A DNA stretch of 64,000 bases from the IMG/VR virus record IMGVR_UViG_3300044701_003572, positions 1-64,000 of that record. One strand, written 5' to 3'. Both the position numbers and the translations under genes were made by a program. The notes under the pieces were generated by a model, which was not told where the DNA came from, searched no databases, and saw only the letters and a list, made by a program, of their open reading frames with translations. Below, in pieces: positions 25,194 to 34,920 of the stretch. How positions within the stretch are numbered: the first letter of the stretch is position 1; each line of letters starts with the position of its first letter. Origin of the DNA: a virus.

Positions 25194-25704
25194 TAGCTTG
25201 ATCCTGTACTTGTGTTTCTGATGCGTCAACATTAGTGTTAACAACGCCGAACTGATTTATGATATCTTCTACTTTATTTTTGTCTAAATTCTTATAACCA
25301 CGATTAATGTCCTGCATTAATTTTTTAGGCATCAAAATTTTAACTAACCAGATATCTTCGATATCGATTTTACCTTTGCGTGTTCCTGGTCTTATATCAT
25401 CAGGAGTTTTAATTTTTCTTACTTTTTTTAGGGTCGATTCTGCAAATTTAACTTTGCACCCGTAATCTAATAATCTCATTCCGCCTCTAGGCTCGGGCAT
25501 ACGATCTTTTGGCCACATAAAGGTACACTCTACAAAATACCTGTGTTCCTTAGGACCCGCCACTAATTGCCCGTCTAACCAATTATCATAGACATAGGTA
25601 TCTAGCTCGTCTATAACACGTTCAAAATCTTTAAGTAAATTTAAGCTATTATTAGAACCGTAGATTTGTTCTATATTGCTTATGATATCTTTTATATCTG
25701 CCAT
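25171..25704 (-). CDS. hypothetical protein
   Basis: ORF with GGGAGA SD and TAAATA upstream. Confidence 0.75.
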   Translation of the reverse strand: MADIKDIISNIEQIYGSNNSLNLLKDFERVIDELDTYVYDNWLDGQLVAGPKEHRYFVECTFMWPKDRMPEPRGGMRLLDYGCKVKFAESTLKKVRKIKTPDDIRPGTRKGKIDIEDIWLVKILMPKKLMQDINRGYKNLDKNKVEDIINQFGVVNTNVDASETQVQDQANAEQPAA

Positions 25705-25772
25705 GGAGTTCTCCCAATGTATTTATTCCGCCTAAAACTTAAACATAACTTATAATAAAATAGGCTTCCGGT

Positions 25773-25850
25773 TAAATACGTTTGTGTTCGGCTACGGACA
25801 CTACGGTTTGAGGTCCGTGCCTAACACGTTTAAAGGAGGGCTAACCTTAT
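25773..25850 (+). promoter_or_regulatory. phoH leader: TAAATA promoter, long hairpin and SD
   Basis: Stem 25784-25827 pairs GTGTT/AACAC, GGC/GCC and ACGGAC/GTCCGT; AAGGAGG follows. Confidence 0.55.
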
Positions 25851-26585
25851 ATGAAGCGTAAAAGAGCAGCAGTACTGAAAGCTACTAATTATCAAGAAGA
25901 GTCTAATGTAATAAAGCTAGTTGATAAAAATTATCAAAAGCGCCCGAAAGTCCAGTTATACCCAAAAAATCTTAATCAAGAAAACTACCTGTTAAAACTT
26001 AACAATGAGCAAAAAATGATAATTTTTGCCATAGGTCCAGCAGGCACGGGTAAAACTATGTTAGCTGTACAGTGGGCGATAGACCAGTTGAAATACGGGT
26101 CAACTACGAAAATTGTTATTACTAGACCAGCTGTTTCAGTAGATGAACAACACGGATTTTTACCGGGAGACCTACAGCAAAAAATGGAACCTTGGACTAA
26201 ACCGATAATGGATGTTTTCGCCGAGAACTACAATGCTAGAGAAATTACTAACATGATAACCGAGGGGGTGATTGAAACCAGTCCTTTAGCATATATGAGA
26301 GGCCGAACATTTAAAAATGCTGTAATCATCGCAGATGAGATGCAGAATGCTACACCTAGTCAAATGAAGATGCTGCTTACTAGGTTAGGTCAGGGTTCTA
26401 AGATGATTGTTACTGGAGATTTGCAACAGGCAGACCGTCCTTCAAACAACGGACTGCTCGAGTTCCTTGGGTTGTATAACAACTTTGCAAATCACAGATA
26501 TGTAGATATCTGTCACTTCACAGTAGGTGACGTTGAACGCCACGAGGCGGTTAAGGAGATACTAGCAATATACGGAGATGATTAA
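25851..26585 (+). CDS. phoH: PhoH-like ATPase
   Basis: GPAGTGKT, TRPAV, GFLPG, LAYMRGRTF, DEMQN and TGDLQQ. Confidence 0.95.
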   Translation: MKRKRAAVLKATNYQEESNVIKLVDKNYQKRPKVQLYPKNLNQENYLLKLNNEQKMIIFAIGPAGTGKTMLAVQWAIDQLKYGSTTKIVITRPAVSVDEQHGFLPGDLQQKMEPWTKPIMDVFAENYNAREITNMITEGVIETSPLAYMRGRTFKNAVIIADEMQNATPSQMKMLLTRLGQGSKMIVTGDLQQADRPSNNGLLEFLGLYNNFANHRYVDICHFTVGDVERHEAVKEILAIYGDD

Positions 26586-26824
26586 TCTTTAGGAAGATAG
26601 GGGGTCAATTGATCCCCTAACAATCTTTTATAGAATTCTAACATATCATCGAAGCCAGCCTGAGGATTGATAGAATTCATAATACACTTCTTCTCTTTAA
26701 AATCTAAAATGACTTTAGAAGTTTGGTAGTGCCGAGTTTTTAGACTATTTTTAAAATCGGTAATTTCGTCCCATTTGCCGTTGGGTTTCTGGATGTACGA
26801 AACTAACATATATCTATATTTCAT
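26582..26824 (-). CDS. hypothetical protein
   Basis: Coupled ORF. Confidence 0.7.
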   Translation of the reverse strand: MKYRYMLVSYIQKPNGKWDEITDFKNSLKTRHYQTSKVILDFKEKKCIMNSINPQAGFDDMLEFYKRLLGDQLTPYLPKD

Positions 26825-27144
26825 TCTTCCAACAATGGTAACTTATTAGGTTTACCATCCCATTCTTCAGAATCCGGTAACGACGATTTCTTTTTAGTGA
26901 TATTCGGCCATTTAGAGCTTAGTCTACGATTTAAATCTGTCCAAAATACTATATCAATGTCTTTATCGTTGTCTGGAACGATAGCATCAACAGGACACTC
27001 AGGAACACACACCGCACAATCAATACATTCGTCTGGATTGATTGCTAAAAAATTTGGACCTTCGTAAAAACAATCAACTGGACATACTTCTACACAATCA
27101 GTATGTTTGCATTTAATACAGTTTTCTGTAACCAAATAACTCAT
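26821..27144 (-). CDS. fdxA: 7Fe ferredoxin (FdxA-like)
   Basis: [18 protein letters not shown] and [13 protein letters not shown], with the C-terminal WPNIT extension. Confidence 0.92.
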   Translation of the reverse strand: MSYLVTENCIKCKHTDCVEVCPVDCFYEGPNFLAINPDECIDCAVCVPECPVDAIVPDNDKDIDIVFWTDLNRRLSSKWPNITKKKSSLPDSEEWDGKPNKLPLLEE

Positions 27145-28061
27145 TATACTATCCTTGCAAGTTTGACTAAAGTAGCAGATAAATTTATTTCTGGATCAAC
27201 TATCAAAGTATGATCCACTAATCCTTGTTTGATAATCAAAATAGCTTTGTCCTGATTGTCTTCTGAACCAAAAATATCTAAATTGTTATATAACCAAACA
27301 AATACTTCTTCCATTTCCTCTGCTCGAAGTTTTCCGCAGAGCATTTTTCGAGCCTCGTTGATTTTTCCTTCTTTGAACAATTTTACCATGTCAAATTTCC
27401 AATCGGCTTCACCTGCATCTCCCTTATTAGGAGCTGCCAATTTATTATCTTGAACATTTTGTTGGATCAGATTAATACATTTGCGAAGATCAGGATAAGT
27501 TACTTTGACATAATTATCTAGAGTTTCAAGATCGAACTCCACAGCCTCTTCAACAAGAACAGTAGCAACACGAGCGGTAAACTCAGTAAGATCCGTTCGC
27601 TCAACGTGAAATCCTTGACATCGTGAGTGTATAGCAGGGATAATACGATTAGGGTAGTTACAGGTGAGGATGAAACGAGAAGTTGCATGGTACTCCTCCA
27701 TGACCCCACGTAACGCTGCCTGAGCGTTCGGACTAAGATAATCAGCTTCATCTAATAGCACCACCTTGAATGGTCCAAATGGAATCATCTGGACAAAATT
27801 TGTAATTTTATCACGCACATCATCTACCGAATTGGTACGACTTGCGTTAATTTCTAATACATCATAATCTTCAATTCCTAACTCTTGGATAAGAATCTTA
27901 GCAAGAGTAGTCTTACCTATGCCAGCTGTTCCGCTTAGTAATAGATGCGGAATGCTTTTGTCTTTGATCCAGGTTGCGATCTGTTTACGCTGATGGTCAT
28001 CTCTAAAGACATAACCATCAATTGTTTTCGGACGATACTTCTCTACCCATAGTTCTTTCAT
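27144..28061 (-). CDS. clamp loader AAA+ subunit (RFC/gp44-like)
   Basis: [27 protein letters not shown] and SRC motif. Start at ATG 28061. Confidence 0.93.
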   Translation of the reverse strand: MKELWVEKYRPKTIDGYVFRDDHQRKQIATWIKDKSIPHLLLSGTAGIGKTTLAKILIQELGIEDYDVLEINASRTNSVDDVRDKITNFVQMIPFGPFKVVLLDEADYLSPNAQAALRGVMEEYHATSRFILTCNYPNRIIPAIHSRCQGFHVERTDLTEFTARVATVLVEEAVEFDLETLDNYVKVTYPDLRKCINLIQQNVQDNKLAAPNKGDAGEADWKFDMVKLFKEGKINEARKMLCGKLRAEEMEEVFVWLYNNLDIFGSEDNQDKAILIIKQGLVDHTLIVDPEINLSATLVKLARIV

Positions 28062-28139
28062 TTTTTTCCTCTGTGTCTTTAGCCCAGTCGCCTTCAATTA
28101 TATAGCAAGGTTCGGGCGGTTCGTGATATTCATCATCGT

Positions 28140-28307
28140 TCATACCAATTCCTCAGCGATACCTAGAACTTCGGCTAATACAATACATAAACCAGCTAAC
28201 CAAAAGTTTCCAGCCATTAATACACCACCGGCAAATATTCTGATTCCACTTTTTGCAAGACTCACATAAAAGTGTCCTTTGCTGGTATCTTTAGGCTGTA
28301 TGTTCAT
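28140..28307 (-). CDS. 55-aa membrane microprotein
   Basis: Manual translation MNIQPKDTSKGHFYVSLAKSGIRIFAGGVLMAGNFWLAGLCIVLAEVLGIAEELV; coupled to its neighbours. Confidence 0.7.
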   Translation of the reverse strand: MNIQPKDTSKGHFYVSLAKSGIRIFAGGVLMAGNFWLAGLCIVLAEVLGIAEELV

Positions 28308-28498
28308 TTATGTTCTTTCTTTAGTTCTTGAGGTTCTGCAAATCTTACGTTCGGGTCTATTATTTTGTAGATTCCCACAGGCTTCCAATATTTGTGTACA
28401 AGATTATTAATAATTAAAATAGCGATTACCCATACTATTGCGGCTAACATAGTTAAAATACTACTGGCTAAAAACATAGCCGCATGGTCCATATTCAT
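28304..28498 (-). CDS. small membrane protein
   Basis: Single long hydrophobic helix. Confidence 0.65.
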   Translation of the reverse strand: MNMDHAAMFLASSILTMLAAIVWVIAILIINNLVHKYWKPVGIYKIIDPNVRFAEPQELKKEHK

Positions 28499-28929
28499 TG
28501 TTTTAATCCTTTTTCTACTTCTGCGGCTACTACACGATTCCGCAATTCTGTTGTTGAAAAACTGTGTTGGCGCCTGTTGAAATAAAATTCAATTCCTTTA
28601 GCAATACATTCGTACTTTCCAGTGAATTCTTTTTCTTGATATTCATCTCCTAATATTCTAACAGTAATAGGATAAGAAAGCAAGATGTCTACTAATTCTT
28701 TTTCAGTAGAATAGGGGATTACTTCGTCGATATACTTGCAGGCTTTAAGTTGTACGAATCTTTCAAATACACTTTGTACAGGCTTGTTTTTTTCTGTCGG
28801 TCTATCTATAGTAGGATCTGTTTGTAAACCTACAATGAGATAGTCGCATTGTTTTTTGGCTTCTTCTAACATCAAAAGATGTCCGGCATGAAACAGATCA
28901 AAGGTTGAGCAGGTAAATCCTATCTTCAT
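28495..28929 (-). CDS. glycerol-3-phosphate cytidylyltransferase-like (TagD family)
   Basis: TFDLFHAGH (HxGH), LIVGL and FSTTELR. Start at ATG 28929. Confidence 0.88.
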   Translation of the reverse strand: MKIGFTCSTFDLFHAGHLLMLEEAKKQCDYLIVGLQTDPTIDRPTEKNKPVQSVFERFVQLKACKYIDEVIPYSTEKELVDILLSYPITVRILGDEYQEKEFTGKYECIAKGIEFYFNRRQHSFSTTELRNRVVAAEVEKGLKQ

Positions 28930-29336
28930 AGGATATCCATTTCCGGCGAGATCCATCCATTACCGTTATCTTTAGAAACAAAAGGTTTTAAGTTAGGAGG
29001 TTCCCAGCCCAATGGTTTGAGAACTTTACCATCTTCACGTTTACGAACTTTGCCTGTTTCTTTGTCAATCTTGGCAAAGTTAGTACGCATTACTTCTTTC
29101 CAGGCGCCTTCAGCGTCTGCACCCATAGAATGAATAGTGCCGATGGTAACAACAAGAATATCTATTAGTGCATCTAACGTTTCTACTTTGTCATTATTAT
29201 CAACAGCTACGGCTAATTCTCTATGTTCTTCTTGAATGAGTTTAAGATACATATTGAATTGATCTTGATTGAATGTGTCGGTGCTTTGATCACAGGCTCT
29301 CATGAACTTTTCTTGATCTCTAAAAGCATTGGTCAT
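28926..29336 (-). CDS. MazG-like/all-alpha NTP pyrophosphohydrolase
   Basis: LIQEEHREL, DALIDILVV, TNFAK and REDGKVLKP. Confidence 0.85.
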   Translation of the reverse strand: MTNAFRDQEKFMRACDQSTDTFNQDQFNMYLKLIQEEHRELAVAVDNNDKVETLDALIDILVVTIGTIHSMGADAEGAWKEVMRTNFAKIDKETGKVRKREDGKVLKPLGWEPPNLKPFVSKDNGNGWISPEMDIL

Positions 29337-29345
29337 TTGATTTCC

Positions 29346-29585
29346 TTAGGACTTTAGAATGTTAATAATACGCTTCTTTTCTTGTTCTTGCAACCAGTCT
29401 TTTTCCAACTGGCCGAAATCAGGAGCATCGTTTATTGATTGGTCTATGATATTTTTAAGAATGTATAATTCTTTTTTGAATTCAAAAGAAGTGAAACCGT
29501 CGTTATATGCACTGTTACATTCTCTTGATAGGGAATGTATCTGGTTGACTATGTCAGCCAAATCCCAACTCTTTTTTAATCCCAT
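29346..29585 (-). CDS. hypothetical protein
   Basis: Coupled ORF. Confidence 0.7.
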   Translation of the reverse strand: MGLKKSWDLADIVNQIHSLSRECNSAYNDGFTSFEFKKELYILKNIIDQSINDAPDFGQLEKDWLQEQEKKRIINILKS

Positions 29586-29983
29586 TATTTTATAAAATCT
29601 TCTGGGCGTATAGTTGTACTGGATCCGTGACCAAATTCTTGTCCTATGTAGGCATCATTGGGTCTTTCGTCAGCAACGGCTAGAATACTAGAAACTTCTA
29701 CCTTTTGAATCTCTTTCTCACTGTCACCGTCGTTGATTTTTATTTTTCTGGTCCAACGACCGTGTTCTATCAAGATCCATTGACCTTCTTTGATATCTTC
29801 TTGCTTGGGACCTACTTTGTATACTTTACCCCATCTAGGTTTAACACCGTGAGCCTTACCGTCATCGCTTAGAATTACGATACCACCCATAGTTGTTTGT
29901 TCTCCCAGATCCATATCTGTGATGATTACGTCATCGTGTAACGCACGAATTTTTATATGTTTTACATCGTAGGCAGTGACCAT
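29585..29983 (-). CDS. GroES-like co-chaperonin
   Basis: IRALHDDVII, TTMGGIVI mobile loop, GKVYKVGP and ILAV. Confidence 0.8.
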   Translation of the reverse strand: MVTAYDVKHIKIRALHDDVIITDMDLGEQTTMGGIVILSDDGKAHGVKPRWGKVYKVGPKQEDIKEGQWILIEHGRWTRKIKINDGDSEKEIQKVEVSSILAVADERPNDAYIGQEFGHGSSTTIRPEDFIK

Positions 29984-29985
29984 AA

Positions 29986-30216
29986 TTACCTCTTGTTACC
30001 TCGAGATCCCAATTCTTCTTTGATTGCTCTAGGATTATTTTTATAATAATCTTGTAGAATTTCTTCTCTAGTTTTAACGACTTTACCACCGGTTCCGATG
30101 ATATCCCCGCGAGCATTCATTTTAGCATTTCCTACAGCAGGTTCTTTTTCATTTTTAAGAGCTAGCTTTTCTAGATCAACTTCTTTGCCTCGCATACTTG
30201 TGTATGATTTACCCAT
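29986..30216 (-). CDS. hypothetical protein
   Basis: ORF with an AGGAGA SD. Confidence 0.7.
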   Translation of the reverse strand: MGKSYTSMRGKEVDLEKLALKNEKEPAVGNAKMNARGDIIGTGGKVVKTREEILQDYYKNNPRAIKEELGSRGNKR

Positions 30217-30217
30217 T

Positions 30218-30688
30218 TTATATCTCCTTGAAGAATTCTTCTATTGGTAATTTGTATTTAACACTGTCTATCCTGTGTACCCCTATCAAATAGAGTACAT
30301 AACTAGCTACGCTCGAACCTCGCCCTACACCCCAGACTATATTGTTAGCACGAAGTGTGTCAACTATATATTTCATAGTTTTTAACATAGGAATCATATT
30401 GTATTTGGCAAATAATCTAAGTTCTTCAACTACTCGTTCTTTAGTTTCAGGAGTAGGGCAACGTTGGTATAACCAATCTAAAATATCCATCGTTTGGTAT
30501 TTCTCTGGAATAAACCAATTTGATGGATCGATACTAGCTGGAGGGATTGGATAACTTAAATGCTCTTGATATACTCGATCTATATATTTCTCGAGATCGT
30601 CAGAACAGAGACAATGGTCTAGGATTTCTGGACCATGTTTTAGTATGCCTTTGATTAATTGTTCTTCAGTGTTAATTTCAGTCCACAT
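30218..30688 (-). CDS. stand-alone fragment of DNA polymerase III alpha (DnaE palm N-part)
   Basis: ERVVEEL...IVWGVGRGSSVASYVLYLIGVHRID matches the DnaE GRGS region; ends before the PDID motif. Confidence 0.8.
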   Translation of the reverse strand: MWTEINTEEQLIKGILKHGPEILDHCLCSDDLEKYIDRVYQEHLSYPIPPASIDPSNWFIPEKYQTMDILDWLYQRCPTPETKERVVEELRLFAKYNMIPMLKTMKYIVDTLRANNIVWGVGRGSSVASYVLYLIGVHRIDSVKYKLPIEEFFKEI

Positions 30689-30911
30689 TAATTAGTTGAT
30701 CCAAGTCAGTATCAGTTTGTCCTTGATTTTTTCTAAGATATCTCTTAGACATCTCTTCTCTATATATTGTAACAAACGTACCTAATTGTGTCAACAGGTC
30801 AGTCTTACCTAATCTTGCTGCTGCGTGGTATTTTTTGGTAACTTCTAACAGCTTAGATTCTACTTCAGAATCCTTTAGATCGGATAAGTCATTGACAAAT
30901 GGATGAAACAT
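30678..30911 (-). CDS. hypothetical protein
   Basis: Coupled ORF. Confidence 0.7.
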   Translation of the reverse strand: MFHPFVNDLSDLKDSEVESKLLEVTKKYHAAARLGKTDLLTQLGTFVTIYREEMSKRYLRKNQGQTDTDLDQLINVD

Positions 30912-30912
30912 A

Positions 30913-31527
30913 TTAACTAAAGCTACCTAGATAATTTAGGAAAATATTATCAGAATCGTGTTGCCAAACTTCTATAATTACAGGATTGGTTTTTGATGTT
31001 AATGTAATTTGAGGACTAGCACCTACTACCGGAAAAGTAGCATTTTTCTTAAAAACAGTACCGCCTTCTGTGGTAAAGATAATCGTTTTATTTTCCGTGG
31101 CTGCTGTATCCAAATATATCTCTAAGGTTATCTTGCCAACTCCTGATACAACATTAGTATCTGGATCGTCTAAGGTAGGAAAATTTCTAAATACTAGATT
31201 TGAGTTTTCTTGTATACTTACAATTTGATATTGTCCTTGCTCAAAATCTATTTCCCTATTAGCTGATGTTACAACTATCTGTCGTTTTCTAGTGATAAAA
31301 TTTTGAGTATAAGCTTCATTTAAGAGTTTATAGTTAAAGCTATTGTCAGTGTCTGTCTTAGCTGTATTTTCTAGTAAGTCAGACAGCTCTCTATTAGCTT
31401 CGTAGAGTCCGTTATAAATGGTATCAAAGTTATCTCTAAATGTCTGTGTGTCGTTGTCCTGTCCTGCTACAGGAAAGTTCACATCAATATTATAAATGAC
31501 TCTGCTGGTTGTTAGTCTTTCTGTCAT
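30913..31527 (-). CDS. probable baseplate/tail-associated protein
   Basis: FPVAGQDNDTQTFRDNF N-terminus; located in the structural block. Confidence 0.6.
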   Translation of the reverse strand: MTERLTTSRVIYNIDVNFPVAGQDNDTQTFRDNFDTIYNGLYEANRELSDLLENTAKTDTDNSFNYKLLNEAYTQNFITRKRQIVVTSANREIDFEQGQYQIVSIQENSNLVFRNFPTLDDPDTNVVSGVGKITLEIYLDTAATENKTIIFTTEGGTVFKKNATFPVVGASPQITLTSKTNPVIIEVWQHDSDNIFLNYLGSFS

Positions 31528-34286
31528 GGTAATTTTTCTCCGCGTTGTGGGAACGCAAGGTATTTATTCTCTATCTCACCCTCTAAAACGTCAATTAGAT
31601 AACGATCAGCTGTGAAATCTATTTTTTTGAAATCAAAGCCATTGGCTTTAATTCTGCTAATAATATAGTCCGCTCTACCCGATTTAGCATAGCAAAGTAC
31701 TAGAGCTTTTGTATAACCTAGCTCTACCGGTGAAGTAATTTGAGTAGAACGCATCCAAAGAGGTAAAAAATCTCTATCTCGATCTCCAACTGATCTAATT
31801 CGCTTCCTCATATTTTTTATTGAATTTGGAAATAACCGCTGATGATCACTGTCGCTGACAAACGGTATGTCGCTGTCTACTTTAATAGCATCATAGCTAA
31901 TAAGCACTTTGCTGTTTATGTTATCGGGTAAGTTAATAGTGTCGCTGATACTAATTCCGCCTTCTTCAAATTCATCTACAATTTCTACATATATTGCTTC
32001 GTAGACAACTTCTTGAGTAGTAGGATCTTTAGCCAGGGCCTTTTTTATTTCACCGAACCTAATCTGTTTTCTATAATGATTTCTGCTCATTGCCTGCACA
32101 AACTTTACCGCATCTACACTTTCTATCCCTGCAAACACCAATACTTTTATTTCCGATTGAACTCCGAAATTAGAATCACCGTACCTATAGATATCTTCTA
32201 TTTTGAAAATATTGGCATCCGTGATAAAGTTAAACCAATTCAATCTATTTAACTTGGACTGCAAAGCGACCATGTATAGGTTGGCAAATGTTTTTTGATT
32301 ATCGGCTACAACAGTAATAGAAAATTCTTTGATAGATTCGGCGTAATTGGCTGTATCCCTGGCTTTAACTCTGAAAGTAAATTTCTTATCAAAAGTCGTA
32401 GTCTCATCATCGAATGTAGTGGTGTAAGCACGTGATCCTGTAGAACTATCTTCGTTGACATTTATACTATCAGTACGTTCGTAGAATCGAGTAAGACCAG
32501 TAATGCCGTTGTTTATATCACCGAATTGTCTAACCTTACCAACTATTAACCCAGTACCTAGTAAGTTTAATCCTGGAGGTAAATTGCCGCTGACTAATTC
32601 ATAGATCGCTAAATTTCCGTATAATAAACTATTTGCTATTAATTGTTTTCTGCTAGGCTGATTAGGTTTAATAGTTCCTAAATCGCCGTCAGTAACCCAT
32701 TCGATAGCACTTTCTATTTCTCCTATGATATCTATAGTAAATGTTTTTTCTGCTGTAGAAACACCTAATCGCCAGTAGTCTGTCGAAACGTCCGGAATTT
32801 GATTTTGATTATCTGAAATAGCCACATAGATAAAACCTTCGTACCTTACAGATTCACCTTCGAAATACGTAGAAGTCCCGTCCCAGTCTCCTTGAAGAGT
32901 TGATTCTGTAAGGTCAGCAGGGAAATTTACAGCCAACATTGTGAATTTATAAGTCTTGGTAACTGCTGACTGATAAGGAATCTTACCCGCTAGGTCACCT
33001 GATAGACTATCTAATGTTAATCCAGGAGGAAATATACTGTCTGTTTCTTTCTCAGTTACAGTCCAGTAGGACGGACTGGGAGCCGTGAATTTTCCTAGCT
33101 GTGTGTTTATTAATTCGTTTGACCAATAGGAGCCTTCTATCGGAGTTTGATTCAAATGATTTGAAATACAAACCCAGGTTAATCTGTTATAAATTACAGC
33201 ATCCCCTACTTTGTAATTAATGACACTCGACCAATTACCTTTTAGGTTATAAGTGAATTTAGGCAATATGTCTGAAATTTCGTATTTCCCGTCAGTGATG
33301 GTTTCCCCAGTTTCTTTTAAGATGTAAGTACCAGGATTAGTATCAGATTTATAATAAACTATAGTTCCAGTGAATTCAGCAGGATCGTATACATCTAAGA
33401 AAATTGTTAGATAATTATTAGCCCTTCTACGACCAAGATACCCTGGAGTGATCCATTGAGGTACACGGTCTCCTGCTGAGTCTGCTCTGAATAGATTAGT
33501 ATCTACTTGAACTATGCTGTTGTCTGCTCTAAGAAATTCTTCAGTTACTACATAAATTTTAAAAAGTCTTCGAATTTCATTGCGCCCATCTGTTGCAGAA
33601 ACTACAAAAGCGTATGGTCGACTGATACGTCTTGGAGCTCTAACTGGTTCATTATAATCAAAAGTTACGGCATCATAAAAGTAACTATCAAATCCGTTAG
33701 ACCTAGCTTGGGGAACATCTAACGGTAGCACATCAAATGCGCTGGTATCGTAGGCGCCTGTAGGGTTTTCGCTATATTCTACAGCGAAGATAGGATCAGT
33801 AAATCCGTATATTCTTCCTTCAGCGGTAAGAGTCAATCCGGGAGGTAGTTCCCCACCATTAGGAATTAGATAGTATTCTAAGCTATCTCCGGCTATTTCG
33901 TCAGTGTCTCTGGCTTCTAATTGAAAATCAATATAGCTGTTATCTAAAGCATAGTAAGCTTCGCCTTGTCCAACCTGTAGAAATCCTTCCTCAGTAATCC
34001 ATCGGGGTGCGTCTGAGCCATCTATAGATATAGAAAATGTTCTATCTTCAAGATCGGAAGAATCTCTAGCTCTGATTACAAATCTACTTTCTGTAAATTT
34101 TCTTACTTCTGTGGGAGTTCCAACAATAGCAGATCCGCTAAGTCGTAGACCTCGTGGCAATGATCCTGAAATCACTTCAAACGATACAGCTCCAACATCT
34201 GATGATGCCTGTAATTGTACAGATATTGTCTGTCGTTCTTGAAAAGTTCCTAAACTGCCAGCTGCCGTTGTCCAGGATATGGTCAT
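31524..34286 (-). CDS. large baseplate-like structural protein with Ig-like repeats and CBM5/12-like inserts
   Basis: Repeated G-x-LP-x-GL-x-L Ig-like motifs; two W-x5-Y-xx-G-x2-V-x-Y chitin-binding-like modules. Confidence 0.7.
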   Translation of the reverse strand: MTISWTTAAGSLGTFQERQTISVQLQASSDVGAVSFEVISGSLPRGLRLSGSAIVGTPTEVRKFTESRFVIRARDSSDLEDRTFSISIDGSDAPRWITEEGFLQVGQGEAYYALDNSYIDFQLEARDTDEIAGDSLEYYLIPNGGELPPGLTLTAEGRIYGFTDPIFAVEYSENPTGAYDTSAFDVLPLDVPQARSNGFDSYFYDAVTFDYNEPVRAPRRISRPYAFVVSATDGRNEIRRLFKIYVVTEEFLRADNSIVQVDTNLFRADSAGDRVPQWITPGYLGRRRANNYLTIFLDVYDPAEFTGTIVYYKSDTNPGTYILKETGETITDGKYEISDILPKFTYNLKGNWSSVINYKVGDAVIYNRLTWVCISNHLNQTPIEGSYWSNELINTQLGKFTAPSPSYWTVTEKETDSIFPPGLTLDSLSGDLAGKIPYQSAVTKTYKFTMLAVNFPADLTESTLQGDWDGTSTYFEGESVRYEGFIYVAISDNQNQIPDVSTDYWRLGVSTAEKTFTIDIIGEIESAIEWVTDGDLGTIKPNQPSRKQLIANSLLYGNLAIYELVSGNLPPGLNLLGTGLIVGKVRQFGDINNGITGLTRFYERTDSINVNEDSSTGSRAYTTTFDDETTTFDKKFTFRVKARDTANYAESIKEFSITVVADNQKTFANLYMVALQSKLNRLNWFNFITDANIFKIEDIYRYGDSNFGVQSEIKVLVFAGIESVDAVKFVQAMSRNHYRKQIRFGEIKKALAKDPTTQEVVYEAIYVEIVDEFEEGGISISDTINLPDNINSKVLISYDAIKVDSDIPFVSDSDHQRLFPNSIKNMRKRIRSVGDRDRDFLPLWMRSTQITSPVELGYTKALVLCYAKSGRADYIISRIKANGFDFKKIDFTADRYLIDVLEGEIENKYLAFPQRGEKLP

Positions 34287-34295
34287 TAATACTCC

Positions 34296-34886
34296 TTAGA
34301 TCAACGGTGCTGCGACCGTTCCGAAATCTACAGATATCCTACTAGGAATTGGAACAGTTCCGAAATCAATATTAGATGCAGATAAATTAAATTGCACGAC
34401 ACTGTCGTAGTCGTTGGACACTGGTCCAAAATCAACATTTCTTAAAATGTTAGTTACTGGTAAGTCAGTATCTATAGTGATAACATTGTTTGCAGCGGTA
34501 ACACTTATATTATTACCACCTTGCATGGTTAAAACTGTGTTTGCCGAGACGCTAGTTCCGCTAGGTACTGCAGATGCTATACCGCTTTCAGTTATAACTT
34601 TGGTAAATGCATCTGGAGTGTTATTTGAAATTACAACAGTATCTGAAGTTGATGAAAGTAAGATCTTGTTATTTCCAGCAATTAATTTTTTAAATTCTAG
34701 ATTAAGACCATTCTTTTGTTTAAAAATGCCTTCACCGTTTACAGTTTCTGGTATGTTTTTTCCTGTAACCGATAGTTCTGCATCTAATGACGAGAAGTTT
34801 GCATTGACCTTTTGAAACGCTGACCGTAGATCATCGCCTAGGCCATCATTTACCACGTTTCCGATATTAATTGTTTGTATAGTCAT
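34296..34886 (-). CDS. gp9/gp10-like baseplate-fibre connector
   Basis: INIGNVVNDGLGDDLRSAFQKVNANF N-terminus resembles T4 gp9/gp10. Confidence 0.7.
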   Translation of the reverse strand: MTIQTINIGNVVNDGLGDDLRSAFQKVNANFSSLDAELSVTGKNIPETVNGEGIFKQKNGLNLEFKKLIAGNNKILLSSTSDTVVISNNTPDAFTKVITESGIASAVPSGTSVSANTVLTMQGGNNISVTAANNVITIDTDLPVTNILRNVDFGPVSNDYDSVVQFNLSASNIDFGTVPIPSRISVDFGTVAAPLI

Positions 34887-34920
34887 AACACGCTCTCTTT
34901 AGTATATTTACCCTATTGTA

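Noticed and set aside
28018-28143. 41-aa ORF (MNDDEYHEPPEPCY...) coupled to the upstream stop and overlapping the clamp-loader start
   Set aside because: It is short, overlaps the clamp-loader gene by 44 nt and has no motif. It is possible but unsupported.
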